Positions 12,347 to 26,110 of a DNA stretch of 64,000 nucleotides are shown piece after piece. The DNA comes from Trichonephila clavipes (lineage: Eukaryota). Under the pieces are notes generated by a model, which was not told where the DNA came from, searched no databases, and saw nothing but the letters and a program-made list of their open reading frames with translations. Numbering within the stretch: the first letter of the stretch is position 1; every line of letters starts with the position of its first letter. The translations under genes and the position numbers were made by a program. The stretch is taken from contig BMAU01016994.1 of the NCBI GenBank assembly GCA_019973935.1, forward strand, positions 880,762-944,761. Reading direction: 5' to 3'.

Positions 12347-14094
12347 GTTTACAACAATGATCAAATTCAAGTTGCTAAAAACTATATTCTTATAAAAGTT
12401 TTTTTTAAATAAATACTTGTACATCCAATCGAGTAAACATTTGCATTTGTGCAGTAGATTTTATTTATCAGAGTAAAATTCATATAAATTATATTCAAAG
12501 TCAGGAGCAAAATAAAATATCTATTACTGAAATAAGTTGATTGAAAATGAAGGTACTAGTATATTTGATGGTCAAACATTTTTGTTGTGAATAATGACAG
12601 AATGTTCTAAAGTAAGTTCAAAAAGAATAATGTTATAAGTTGTAATATATTTCTTGAGAAAAATTATTAAAATTTTGAACCTACCCCCTAAAGAGAAAAT
12701 ATTCCAAAATCATGCAGAATCATTTCATAAAAAAAAGTGTTAACATGCACAATATTAGCTGCACCTGAATAATGTTGGTAAGATATTTCATTTATTTAAA
12801 ACTGCTAAAATAATGGAATTTAAGTTATGAAAGACAATTTAAATTTATGTAAAAACTTTGGTGCAAAATCTTCATTAATCAATGGGTACAAGTACCTAAA
12901 ATAATTATTTACAAACACAGTATAAAAAGAATGTACATAATATTGAGATTCAAATCATTCTCTTTTTTGCAATTTCAGAACAAATGAAAATTGTATATAC
13001 CTAAATGCGAAAACTAGACCGCATTAAAAATTTACCAAAAACAAAGAATTCATGCAAACCAATTTTCTAGTTATTAAAAAAAGGAAGAAATATTAAAACA
13101 TTCTATAATCTGCATTTTGAAGTGTGTTATAATAAATTAATGTAACTCATACACAATCCTCAGATTAAACTATAAATGAATATTTGTATTAATTGATTTA
13201 ATGCATTTAAAAAATTTAACCTACTCTCATAAAAACAAATTATTTACATAAATCATTGATATATGTGTGTAAAGAATTTACAATTTAAAAGAATTTTTTT
13301 AATGAACATACACTTATATAGGATGCTATATAATTATAATTAGTTTATTCACAATAATAAAATAATTTCTGAAAACAATCTTTTGATTATTTTTCCCAAT
13401 AATAATTAAAACTAGATAAATATTTTTAAAAATATGGTTTTAGATCTTTTTAAATTTTTACTCAATTACAGTTTTTATGAAGTGTACGAATATGGGATAA
13501 ATTCTTAAAAGAAATTTAGTATAAATCATTGTACAAGTTTTAAATATAACAATTTTTTTTCATTGATTGCCAATAGAATTTTTAAAATTTGAATATAAAC
13601 AATATTGACCAATTAAAACAAAAAAAATGCACTATCACAGCTCAATAAAATTCTGTACTAATATCTTAAGAAAATGTAATCATAAATATTCTTATAACAA
13701 TAATATCTCTTTTATTACAGTCTGATAAGGAATATATTACAAAGTGAAACAAACATTCTCTTTTGTTCGAACTAAACTTCTTGAATACATATAAATATGT
13801 ATACATATGTTTGTGTGTAATATTATACATACATGTATATAATTCTCACATTAACAATACTGTGTATTAACTCTCCTAATAACAAGACACACATAGGAGA
13901 GGAAAAAAATGACACGTAATACAACCAAAAATAGAAATGTGAAATTTTACAAAAATCCTATCCTAAAATGCAATTTCAATTTATCCAATATTTCATACAT
14001 TTACAAAATAAATAATGTAAAAATGAATACTATTAGTGTACTATGATAATTATTTTTTAATATATATTACAATTTTTGCTATAATTTTCTAAAT

Positions 14095-16827
14095 TTATTT
14101 CCATGCTGCTCTAAGTGTCTTTCGAGCAGCTAACCTTTTAGTGGTATAAGATAATGCTACTAGCCCTAAAAGCACTACAGTAATTAAATAATGATCAAAA
14201 TCATCTTTCAAGATGTCAAATGTTTTTGAAGGAGTAACTCGAGTATAAAATAAATCAAGTCCATGAACAAACACCAAACATGTTGATTCTAGACCAGAAG
14301 GTGCTGTAACTATGTCCCTAACACGTAGAACACTTTGATTATAATTTATAATACCTTCAGACATAATAGGCAGTTCTGGAATGTAAGGAATTAAACCCTC
14401 TTCCCTATGTTCTGGAAGAGGAGTAATAGGACGTCTTGGATCCAAGAAAGTTTTGGGTAATTCTAAAATTCCACCAGAAGGCAATGCTATTAGTAGATGT
14501 TTATTGGTCATTCCCCTTTCAGTAACAGTATCAGCCATGGTCACAACTGTAGACGGGAATATAAATGTTTGATGCTCTATAAGAGGTAATGGAGGAGGTG
14601 CAAATGATGAAAAAGCTGTGGTATTGCTTTGGTACTTCCCTTCAAACAATTCAATAGATGATACTTCAATTCTTCTAGACTTATCATTGTAATAACTGTA
14701 AATAACCCAATTTTCTGAATGAACAACATGCATTGGACTCTTACATCTTTTATGTGATGCTGAATAAACTATCAAACCAGTAACTATATCAATCAAATAA
14801 ACATTGCAAAAAGTCTTTTGAATAGCGTCATTTCCTTCTGTAAATACAGCAGCTAAGTTAGGATTCAGGTATTTATAAAGAACACTTCTGTCGCCCATGA
14901 CTCTACCTTGAGAATGTACATGTTCTGTAGGTCGTTTTGTAGCTACATTAATAATTGGTTGAGGTAACTTAACATTCCATACTTCAACAGCTTTTAGATG
15001 ATTATTTTGGTTAGCAGTAAGAGAATAGCCAGTTAAATCACCAGATGATGGTTCAGCAGTAAACATAAAATGTGACTGTTTATGTCTTGATATATCATGT
15101 GTCTCTGGATATACGTGAACATTCAAATCTGAATCTAACAATAGAATTTCCCGCAAATAATAGCTAAGAGTACCAACTGGCATTACTTGTATAACATTGT
15201 ATGATAATTTTTTAGATTCTATAGTAGTGCCAGTAATAGGATCAAAGGAATAAATGTGACCTTGGTCAGTGTTCGCATGTTTTCCAACAGCAGTACATAC
15301 AGGAGGATATGGAAAATGTGCTGTTGTTCTTTGGACAAATAAAGGATAATGAGGCATTTCTCTTAGAAAAAATGGAGATAAATCCCTTTCAAAATGACTC
15401 CAGATAATTAAACCAGACAGATTATCAATTCCAAATGCTTTCCCTGGTTTAGTGATTACAACAATTATCTTATGTAAACCAAATGTATCTCGAGTCAAGC
15501 TTTTCTTGTCAAGACCGATATTGTTACTATCTCCTTTGAAACCAACAAGAACATGTAAAAGATATGATTGTAACAAATAGACTTGAGATTTTAATCTTGT
15601 CAAAAACATTGTGATAGGATTGGCATCAGTCTGTCCAAATTCTCTTTCAATATTAGCATCAGTATCAGATAATGGCAAATCCATGATCTCAGATGATACA
15701 ATATTGGATAAAGCTTCTTCTCGAGTCCAAACCAATCTACCTTGCTGATGAATTACCAGAACTGAATGGTCCTGAAACAGCAGTAACATTTTATAACTTA
15801 CACCATGATCTTTTTTAATATATGGGAGGATGAAAAATAATTCCAAATCTCCATGTTCTTCAGACAAAGAAAATGTTCCATCTAAATAGTCCAAATCGGT
15901 TTTTGAGTTAACATCAGAAGCTTTTATTTTGAAAGTATTGGCAGTACGTGTCAATGTAAATATAACTAATTTATCATCAACAAGGGTTGAAGTAATTTTA
16001 TTTATATTAGGCAAGATTTTTATTAATTTTATTCCTGGAGGATGAATTTGTAAAAGCAATCCACCATCTTCAAGTTGCAGAGCTAAAAATGGTTTATCTG
16101 ATGACCCCTGATATGGCAAAGCTACAGCTTTGACTTCTTTTATATTTTCTTGCACTTCAACACCAAGACTTTTTAATGATACAGGAATAAAAGAACCACT
16201 GTCTTTCACTGAGAGAAGTTGCAAAACTTTTTTATTGCTTTCAATGCATGTAAAGTAATCTGAAATAAAACTACAGTTTAAAGTGTTATCATACCAAGGT
16301 GAAGGAATTATATTCGATGTCTTCAATGATGCTCGTGTGAAACTATATACAGAAATTTTTGTATGTTTTTTAGGCACTGTTTCTACTCTAATTATCTCTT
16401 TTGCTGATGGACTAATGTGAAAGTAAAGAGAAGCATCACTACTTGGCAAGTTAGGAAATGAAGTTTCCCACAGCAAAACCCCAGTATTGGGATCCCAACT
16501 ACGAATGAACTGTCCACCACCACTAATTGTAAGTAAATCACCATCTTCTGACATAGCATCAATTATACCAGCATCTCCATTTTCCAGAACTTGTCGCCAT
16601 ATAATACTACCAGTGCGAGTGCTTAAACATGCTATAACATTTTCTTCAGTAGCAACTATAAGTTTTTGAGAGCCACCAATGGCTGGATCAATGTACGCAA
16701 ATTTTACCTTTCCTATGTATTGTTGTCTCCAATCAAATTTACCAACTTGATCTTCATACAGAGAATTAACAACTGCAATTAAAATAAGAAGGATAATCAA
16801 ATAAAAATTTAATTTATGATGAATCAT
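14095..16827 (-). CDS. EMC1: ER membrane protein complex subunit 1 (EMC1), complete 910-aa single-exon ORF
   Basis: N-terminal signal peptide then YEDQVGKFDWRQQYIGKVKF. Internal blocks TAHFPYPP, EHVHSQGRVMGDRSVLYKYLNPNLAAV, HVVHSENWVIYSYYN, and C-terminal TRVTPSKTFDILKDDFDHYLI...TKRLAARKTLRAAWK with a transmembrane helix. Co-linear with vertebrate EMC1 over the full length. The AATAAA signal overlaps the stop on the minus strand. Confidence 0.95.
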   Translation of the reverse strand: MIHHKLNFYLIILLILIAVVNSLYEDQVGKFDWRQQYIGKVKFAYIDPAIGGSQKLIVATEENVIACLSTRTGSIIWRQVLENGDAGIIDAMSEDGDLLTISGGGQFIRSWDPNTGVLLWETSFPNLPSSDASLYFHISPSAKEIIRVETVPKKHTKISVYSFTRASLKTSNIIPSPWYDNTLNCSFISDYFTCIESNKKVLQLLSVKDSGSFIPVSLKSLGVEVQENIKEVKAVALPYQGSSDKPFLALQLEDGGLLLQIHPPGIKLIKILPNINKITSTLVDDKLVIFTLTRTANTFKIKASDVNSKTDLDYLDGTFSLSEEHGDLELFFILPYIKKDHGVSYKMLLLFQDHSVLVIHQQGRLVWTREEALSNIVSSEIMDLPLSDTDANIEREFGQTDANPITMFLTRLKSQVYLLQSYLLHVLVGFKGDSNNIGLDKKSLTRDTFGLHKIIVVITKPGKAFGIDNLSGLIIWSHFERDLSPFFLREMPHYPLFVQRTTAHFPYPPVCTAVGKHANTDQGHIYSFDPITGTTIESKKLSYNVIQVMPVGTLSYYLREILLLDSDLNVHVYPETHDISRHKQSHFMFTAEPSSGDLTGYSLTANQNNHLKAVEVWNVKLPQPIINVATKRPTEHVHSQGRVMGDRSVLYKYLNPNLAAVFTEGNDAIQKTFCNVYLIDIVTGLIVYSASHKRCKSPMHVVHSENWVIYSYYNDKSRRIEVSSIELFEGKYQSNTTAFSSFAPPPLPLIEHQTFIFPSTVVTMADTVTERGMTNKHLLIALPSGGILELPKTFLDPRRPITPLPEHREEGLIPYIPELPIMSEGIINYNQSVLRVRDIVTAPSGLESTCLVFVHGLDLFYTRVTPSKTFDILKDDFDHYLITVVLLGLVALSYTTKRLAARKTLRAAWK

Positions 16828-17367
16828 CGTAGCAATTTTGTTATTTATAGCGATGAATAGATATCAATTAAACAATGATAAAATTTCATTCAATCAACTG
16901 AAAATTTTAGTTTTGCAATACCAAATTCAAAAGATCATGCAATAATTCTCGTTCTTTTAGTCTACAAATACTACAGTTCCACCGATGTCCGATTTCTATA
17001 AGCAGTCACAGTTACTAGAAATTTGTTGATTTAATAAACTTTTAAGAAACTGCTGATGATATTTAATTTATAAGATTAGTTTTATTATTCTAATTAGTAA
17101 GATTAAATTATTTTGATTTATAGAAAATCTAGTTATCTATGAAACCAATTTTTCTCCTTCCTGATTACTTTTGCATACACCTGTTATAATTTCAATGTTC
17201 AATACATTTTCTTGAAATTTTTCTAGGAAAAATATTGATAAATATTCTTCAGTATTTTAAAATTTAAATATTTATTGAAGAATATATATTGAGATATATA
17301 TTCGTATCATCAACAAATATTCTTAATCCAGTAACCCGTATGACCGCAGACATTTCCTGAGATACCC

Positions 17368-17373
17368 TATAAT
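17368..17373 (+). promoter_or_regulatory. Candidate TATA element (tataat) about 110 bp upstream of the NACA ATG, followed by a pyrimidine-rich stretch (ttttcctgtttgtctcc)
   Basis: Sequence motif only; no transcript data. Confidence 0.25.
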
Positions 17374-17468
17374 CGAATGGCAACACTTGAGTTTTTCCTG
17401 TTTGTCTCCATTTCGAGAATTGCACGTTTTTCAGAGCTGACTTTAGGAGTTAGAAAAAGATTCTTTGA

Positions 17469-18140
<672 letters not shown>

Positions 18141-18281
18141 TATCGTCGATTTCTCGATGCAAGTTAAAATGGGGAAAAAAGAAATCTGTTTCATTTTTAA
18201 ATTTTGGACGTTAATTACGAGCAATGAAATGAAATGTTGTATTCAGATGTTCTAGTTATGCTATTCTTGTCCTCACAATAT

Positions 18282-18287
18282 AATAAA
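18282..18287 (+). other. Candidate NACA poly(A) signal AATAAA about 140 nt after the stop
   Basis: aataaa hexamer in the AT-rich 3' flank. Confidence 0.35.
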
Positions 18288-19809
18288 AATGTCCTACTTA
18301 ATTTTGTAATCATTCTTGTTTTAAATTTCAGTTAAATCAATTTAGCGCCTTTGTAAAAAATTTTCTTATATACCTGTAATTAAGTAATATTTCATCAGTC
18401 ATTTAGACTTGCTTGAAAGAAAATTTCTGTAATGTATATCAAGTGATTATTAGAAGTATGTAGTGTTTTTATTTTATATTTCTAGTTTAAAACAGCTTCA
18501 GACATAATCTTGTGATGTGTGCTGTAGTTATCTTCAGAAAATTAAATTTTATTGCTGTGGAATTAGTTCAGTTATATAAAGGTAACTGAATCATCCTCAA
18601 CAAGGATAAAAAAAAAATGTATAATCCCAAGTTATAGTCCTCACTAGCTTAAATTAAAAATAATAGAAATGGTATTTTAACCAGTGAGATATTTTAGTAA
18701 CTTATGTAAAAAAAAAAATTCAAATTTCTAAGGATAAATATTTTTACGAAAATCCAATTATTGTGTTATCATTAAGTCATACCTAATTTTAAATATACCT
18801 TGCATATGTAACTAACATTTTGCAGCTGAGTATTTAACATAATCTAAAGACTAAATATGATTAAATTTTAAAAATTGATTTTTGAGATTAAATTTTCCTT
18901 TATTTGTAGAATATACATAAAATTCTGAATGTTTATTGGAGAAAAAAGATATTAACTGGTATTGAAAGTGAGCTTTTGTATCATGTACAAAATATTAGTG
19001 CTGTGATTAAAGTAGATTTTCAGGAAAGGGTATGAGGATCCTTAAAAGAACATTAGGATTTAAAATGTAATCTAACATTTTTAATTGGATTATTTAGCAT
19101 TAATTTGGATATTTTTGATTTATCAGGCTTCTTTTGTACTGTTCATGCTTCATAAAATCATGCATTATCAAAAATTCTATTTTTTATTACTTTTACTTCA
19201 CTTTTAGGACCATCCTCAATATTTCAACATTCTTTAAATTCATTTTAACACTAGAACCGTGGCAGTTTTGGTATACCTATAACCGCGGGCTGGGTCAAAT
19301 TGATCCCAATTTATAAAAAGCAGTGTTATGCTAAAAGTACACTAATTATTTGGCAATGACATTTGTGCATTTTTAACATTTAATTGTTATAATAAGTGAT
19401 AAAAAATAATAAGATTACAATATGGAATATTTTATACAGTTAATAAAATGTACAGACAACTTTAGTAGAAATATTATATGTTTTGTACCCTTTCTACTTA
19501 TCAGCATTTTACAGTCAGAACAAGTACCTACAGTTTTGTTCCTACACTTGAAAGCTTGGCAATAAACCCTTTTTCATAGATTCTTCAGTAGTATCCACTT
19601 TTGTCTATGTATCTGACTTGTACTTTCTTGTGTGAATATACATGTTACACAACACTTCAATGAGTTGTTGAAGATATTCTCTCCTCATAAGTTTTTTTTT
19701 CCAGTATCTTTGTTTAAAATCCATGAATTAATCCCTACAAGATCAAGAATATTGTAGAATACATGAACTGGCCACCTCCTTGATCCTGCCTTCACAGAAT
19801 ATTTCTGAG

Positions 19810-21283
19810 CCATTTGGGGTTGAGTCCTGGGAGGACCCACTTTTGGTCGCCAAATTTTGAGCGATAAAGGTTACAATATGGTAACCCTTCCATTTCATCA
19901 AAAATTTGGATTTTCAAATCACCGAAAAAAACGGCAACCCTAAAAAAAGTGCAACGTTTTTCGCCTTTTCCGAAAAAACGTCATTTTGACTTCGCTGGAG
20001 AAGGTTTGCTCTCCACCGGTGGTTGTTAAGAATGGCGTGTGAAAGGAAATTACTTGAAAGTGAGGCTACGACAGGTTTCTTTGTGCTCCTGGGCACAAAG
20101 GGGAAGAAAGAGTCGTTAGAATGGTGTATGAAAGCTAATTTAATTGCTTCTCGTTATGAATGTCCGAAGTGTAAAAAAATATGCGTTTGCAAGAGCGAAA
20201 GGGAACAGTTGATGGCTACGAATGGCGTTGCCGCAACCAGTCGAAAGATAATCGCCACGATGTCATTCGGAGTGTGAGAAAGGGCACTTGGTTTAGCGAA
20301 AGCAAACTTGCTATAACTATTATCTTGCGTTTGACAAGATATTGGTTTGGCAAGAGCATGAATGCGTTCGTGGTGAATGACTTGAAAGTTAATAAGAATA
20401 CCGTCGTGGACTGGTATATGTTTTGTCGTGAGGTTTGTATGCTTGCATGTGTGAAAGAGAGTGCGAAACTGGGTGGTGTAGGTGAAATTGTTGAAATTCA
20501 TGAAAGTTTGTTTGGAAAGATGAAATATGCAAAAGGTAGAAGAGTAAATGGGTGTTTGGGGAGTGCAGAGAGAAAGCAAGAAATGTTTTTTCCGTGTGGT
20601 TGAGTCTAGAACTTAAAGAGGAATTACTTAAGGTAATTCATGAATGGATCCTTCCGGGAACCACTATTATTTTGGACTGTTGGAAGTCTTATGACTGCCT
20701 CTCAGACGAGGGGTATGTTCATTTAAGAGTCGACCACAGTCTGACTTTTGTGGATCCCGAGACCGGTGCGCATACCAACTCCATTGAAGGCACCTGGTCT
20801 GCAATTAAAAAGGGCCTTCATAAAGCGCACATCAAGGGTCAATTTGATTCTTACCTTGTGGAATACATGTGGCGGCGATCTAACGGTCACAAGTTGGTGG
20901 ATGAGAATTTTCATAAATTCCTTGCATCCATCGCAAGCGTAAGGTAAGTGCTTTTTAAAATGATTGATTTCATGTATTTCTTCGATTTTATCTTTGCGAA
21001 ACGCCCCTTTCGTCCTTTTTAAAAATGTAAATCATGTTGTACACACTGGTTTTAGAATGCTTTTTTAAAATGAATTTCATTGCTTTCTCCGTTTTTTTCT
21101 TTATTATAATGATTAATTTAATGTATTTATTCGATTTCATCTTTGCGAAACGCCCATTTCATTGCGCCCCCCGCTGACACATGCGCTTCCCAAGAGTTTT
21201 TCGTCATTGACGCTTTTTTGAAAACCTTCCATTTTGGCGCCAAAAACAGCAGTGGGTCCTCCTAGGATTTTACCCCATTTGGT
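19810..21283 (+). mobile_element. Merlin-superfamily (IS1016/IS1595-like) DNA transposon, about 1.47 kb, with terminal inverted repeats
   Basis: 5' end CCATTTGGGGTTGAGTCCTGGGAGGACCCACTTTTGGTCGCCAAA. The reverse complement of the 3' end is CCAAATGGGGTAAAATCCTAGGAGGACCCACTGCTGTTTTTGGCGCCAAA. Internal ORFs carry an ISXO2-like DDE domain. Confidence 0.7.
20023..20947 (+). pseudogene. Merlin transposase coding region, split over three frames by frameshifts
   Basis: ORFs 20023-20277, 20181-20603 and 20552-20947. N-terminal C2C2 zinc finger (CPKCKK). IHESLFGKMKYAKGRRVNGCLG... and WILPGTTIILDCWKSYDCLSDEGYVHLRVDHSLTFVDPETGAHTNSIEGTWSAIKKGLHK match the Merlin/ISXO2 DDE transposase pattern. Confidence 0.65.
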
Positions 21284-21547
21284 TGGCAACGTCAACACCA
21301 AATTTTGTTTATATATAGTTATAAAATGTTTCTGGAAGCTTTTTTGGGTGATTATTGTCGATATCAACTGTGGAATGGAGGGAGCTCAATAAGACATTTT
21401 TGCTGGTTTTTCCCTGATAAACTGTCAAAGTTATATCATGCTCCAATAACAATGTATTGTATAATGGCATCTTTACTTTTTTCACAAATTCAGGTATTTC
21501 TTTCTGATTTTGCTTTATTGTTCCAGTTAAACTAATGTTCTTTGTTT

Positions 21548-22600
21548 TTAACATTTGGACAAATTTAGTGTACTGAAAAAATTATCTGTAATATTTCTTC
21601 CTTTAATTTCGAAAGGTTCTATCAAATGCAAAATGACGTATTCAGAGAGATAGCTTTTCAGTACATTCCTCATCTTTACCCAAATATAGAAAACCATTGA
21701 GAACGCATATACTATCAATATCAGCGGTAAGCCAGAACTTGATAAATTTATCTGGTTTAGTTGGCATATATTGCATGAAATGACATCTGCTTTAGACGGA
21801 ATCAGCTGTTCATGAATAGCTATATATGGTCCTGGTTTATAGCAAATAATCAAATTTTCAATTATAAATTTCTTCAGAAATGAAACAGAATTTATCTGTT
21901 TGAAGGCGTTAAGATTATGAAATTTCTGCAATTCAATAAAAAAAAAAAAACCACAAGTTTTCTGAATCTATCTATCGCTGTAGAATTGCAGAAAAAAGGT
22001 GGACCCCAAACAACAGACTATCAAGAACTAGATTGCTTGCACCGTATATACCTCAAGCATGCAAAATTGATGTAAAAGCATCTAATTTGTCTAAAGTTGA
22101 CATTTTTTTCCCAGTTGCTGGTGAGCTTCTTCCTCTGTACAATTTTTGATATGACTAAGCATAGGCTCATTTTTAAGCAGTCTCCTTGAACTAATTGCAT
22201 AGTCATTTTCAATATTTTGCTTTGCATAACTGATTGGATCACTCTTTTCTTTGAAAACATTATGTTCAGCAATTCTTCCATGCATACAACTTCCAGAGGT
22301 GATACTTTCCCAACACATTCCATCATTTATAACAAAAGTTCCAGAGTTCATTTCATCTGAATTTGAATCTGATAACTGTTTACGTTTATTTACATATTGT
22401 TTTTTCTTCCCATAAGGGTTTTTTTTGCCAGTACATTGTACAGGAATATTAAATTTGGTATCTTCATCTCTAGAGGCACATATTAATCATCGCTGAAAAC
22501 AATTTTCATCATTATTGTTTTCGGATTCAATTTCTGATAATTGTCGAATATATTCGAAGGCATCACTGACTGTTAATTCACGCATGTTTCTTCCAGCCAT
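21548..22600 (-). pseudogene. piggyBac-like transposase remnant with stops
   Basis: ORF 21548-21931 gives ICYKPGPYIAIHEQLIPSKADV (compare piggyBac F.PG...S.DE.M.PFKGR) and GRNITDNFFSTLNL (compare GHHLYMDNFYTS); further N-terminal fragments up to about 22595 (MAGRNMREL...). Interrupted by stop codons. Confidence 0.6.
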
Positions 22601-24589
22601 TTTCACCTGAGATCAATTTTATCTCTGCTTGTGAATAAGGTGGCAAAAATCAAACAGACTGGTACACTCAATCTCCCAAGACAATGCAAACAACTATTTG
22701 TGCAGTCATAAAGAACCAGATGTGTTCCCATTAGACAACCGCTTTGGCTATGATAGTCTTGTACCACATTCCATTCAATAGGCCAAAACAAAAAAGTTGG
22801 AGAGAAAAATTCCTTTAATACGCTAACCAGAGGCATTTTTCCCATACGGAATGATAACGGGAGGGGGGGATCTGTAACACTGGCTATATATATATACTAT
22901 ACTACTGCAACAAAATTCTTAGCTGCTCTTCTGCTATCGGTAACAATCTACTAACCTTGAAGTATTGTGCTTACATCTCTCTGGGAAAGGGAAATGAGGA
23001 CTGAAAAAGCTTTTCCTATTCCAGGAAATGTTGAATTGCAAATTTAGTACTTGTGATTATAATGGTGTCAAAATGACCCATTCCACAGTTTTAGGTATAA
23101 GTATTTAAAACAAAAAAAAATGATAGTTATTTAACGTACCATATTTTCACAGATTATTGGTACAAAAATAGGAAAAATCAAGAAATTTTGTTCAATTCCG
23201 TTCGTAACTTTTTGAGAAAATCGGAAACAAAATTGCGCTTTTGGGTCTAGTGTTAATTATATATGAACATGTGCAACTACAATGTCCTCGATAAAGGGAA
23301 TGATTTCATTTTTTGCCATGGTTTTTCAAATTGTAAACGCAGAAATTAATTTTTTACATTGATATGTGAATGGGGGGTTATATCATTTTGAAAATGTAAG
23401 TCTTAAACATAAATGTTAACAATTCATAGTTGTGATTAATGAATTATCAACTTATATATACAAACAGCACATATTTTTAAAAAAATTTTTAATGATTGTG
23501 AAATTTTGTATACATTAAATATTGTAATTTTAAATTTTTAGCACATAAGGAGAAAAATTATATTTCTCCTAATGGAAATATTTGTATTTTACAAAGGATG
23601 TTTGTGTTCATGCAAGACAGAGTAAAGGTAATGCGTCTAGAATCCTTGTTGCACTATGTGTTGGTTAAATCAAGTTTTTATTTTTTCTGAATTCTCAGAA
23701 TCATTATTTTGTTTTTCAATTTTATTTTAACTTCCGTAAAAGCTTTTTAAATTGATTTGATCTGCTTCATAAACTTTTTTTTCTATGAGAAATTGACTAT
23801 GTTTCTTTTTTGCTACTTTTAAGTCTTCACTATTGGTAATTAAATCAGATGGTACTTTTCCGTTTTACCAGCACAAGCATTAAAGTTGCCAAGAAAAACC
23901 CCAACGAAATGTTCCTGCTGTTTGCCTTTTACCATGACATTTTTAAAACAGGTTGTGGTCTTTCTTTATCAGTAACATCTTTTTTATAAATAGATGAAAA
24001 CTATGCATATTTTGTTGACATTAAAGCTTGCTTGGCAAGATTTGTACCTGCGAAATGAGATAAGTACCATAGAAGTTACCTTCACTGTGTGTATTTTCAT
24101 ACAATTACTAATATTGTTTATTTCCATTACTGTTTTATCATGAGCTGATTAAGTTTAAAATTGCATTTTTTCTAAAAGCATTTATACCAAAAATAATTTT
24201 AAAAAATACTATTTAATCGTATACAATCAGTGAAAAATATAAAAATGTGTTATGTTTATAAATGATCAAAATACAAACTAGAATAATTAAACATAACACT
24301 TAATGACTGAATGTAAACACAATTGTTTGAAAGGTACATTTAAAACTTGAAATCATGGATGGAAACGTTTTAAAATTTAGGAACAAAAGAGTGAATGTGT
24401 TTCAATCTAATCATTTTAAAGTCTTTGATACTTTTAATTTGAGGGGATCCAATGAAAGCAGAGCTTTCTTTCGAGAAATAAACCTTGGACACAAAGCATT
24501 TAAGCCAAGAACCCTCTCTTGTCGTAATAGGGAAGGAATTATTTTGAGTGATAAAACTGAAGTGTGTAGGAGATGAAATGAACATTTCG

Positions 24590-26110
24590 ACAACTTACTT
24601 AACTGTGATAATGCTGACTACGAAGCATGGAAACTCAGAGCCAAGGTGTAGTTGAACTACCATCATTGAAGCCATAAATAAACTAAAAGACAACAAGGCA
24701 CCCGGCCCTGACGCTATTCCATCGGAGCTACTGAAAAATGGAGGAAAAGAAACTTAAAAAAGTTCACAACTTAATTCAACAATTTGGGAGCAGGAAGTAA
24801 TCCCTAAGGAATGGAAAATGAGTATAACTTGTGTGATACATAAAAAAAGGAGATATACTTGAGTGTTCAAATTATGGAGGAATCAGTGCTCTATCCAAGT
24901 TATAATCTATTCTCAAATATATTCTATTTAACAGACTTTCTCCTAGTGGAAAATACAGTTGGAGACTACCGAAATGTATTTCGGTAAGGAAGATCCACTA
25001 CAGAGCAGATATTCAACATATGTCAGGTTTTGAAGAAAACAAGGGAATTTGGAATTGACATGCATCACCTTTTTATTGATTTTAAAACCACTTATGATGG
25101 TATCAACAGAAAGACTCATATTGCAGCCATGAAAGAGGTTAAAATCCCTGACAAGTTATTAAGGCTGATAAGCCTGAGTGAGACAAAGATCGTAGTCAAG
25201 ATGCAGAATGATCTTTTTGACCCATTGGAAATAAAAAATGGCATTTGACAGGGAGATGCATTGGTGTGTCTTCTATTTAATATAGCATTGGAAAAAGTGG
25301 TGAGAGTTTCCAATGTGTGTGTGTCAATACCAGAGGAAATATTTTTAATAAATCGATGCAGTTTTTGGCCTTTGCTGATGACATTGATAACATCGCTCGA
25401 ACACCCACCGCACTAAGACTTCTTATCTTTAGAGAAAGAAGCCCTCAGGATGGGACTGAAAATCAAAGAGAATAAGATGAAGTGCATGCCTTGCACTAAA
25501 TCATGTTTTTAACAATTCCCATTTTTAAATTGAAGAGTATAGTTTTGAAGTTGTTGACAGCTTCACACACTTATTTAAGTTCAGAAATTAACAATAGAAA
25601 CGATTGTACTACTGAAATCCAAAAGAGAATTACAATGGCTAATAAATGTCTTAATGGAATAAGAAAATATATGTAATCACACACACACACAAAAGTAAAA
25701 CAAAGGCTCTATTTTATAAAAGTCTTTTAAGATCAGTATTAACTTATGCATGTGAAACTTGGTCCATGTCTCGAACAGATGAGAACATAAGTATCTACGA
25801 AAGGAAGATTTTAAGATCTATTTTTGGAGAAATTCGGGAAAAGGGAACATGGTGAAGAAGATCAGATTTAGAGCTCTGTCGATCATATAAGGAATGAGAC
25901 ATTGTTAACTTCATCAAAATACAACGAATTAAATGGGCAGGTCACGTTATCAGAATGAACAAAGACCGCTCCACTAAAAAGTCTTCAATGCTCAACCAAT
26001 TGGCTCATGAAGAAAGGGCAAGCCAAATCACAGATGGCTTGATGGCCTAGAAAAACATCTCCTAGTTTTAAGAACTAGAAATTGGAGAACACTGGCAGGA
26101 AAAAGGCTGG
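24590..26110 (+). mobile_element. Non-LTR retrotransposon (LINE) 3' fragment, reverse transcriptase through C-terminus, heavily degraded
   Basis: Translations FIDFKTTYDGINRK...IPDKLLRLI, WQGDALVCLLFNIALEKVV, LAFADDIDNIARTP, and C-terminal MGRSRYQNEQRPLH...GKPNHRWLDGLEKHL, which is the typical Jockey/CR1-like RT tail (WAGHV.R...GRP..RW.D). Many stops. Confidence 0.6.
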
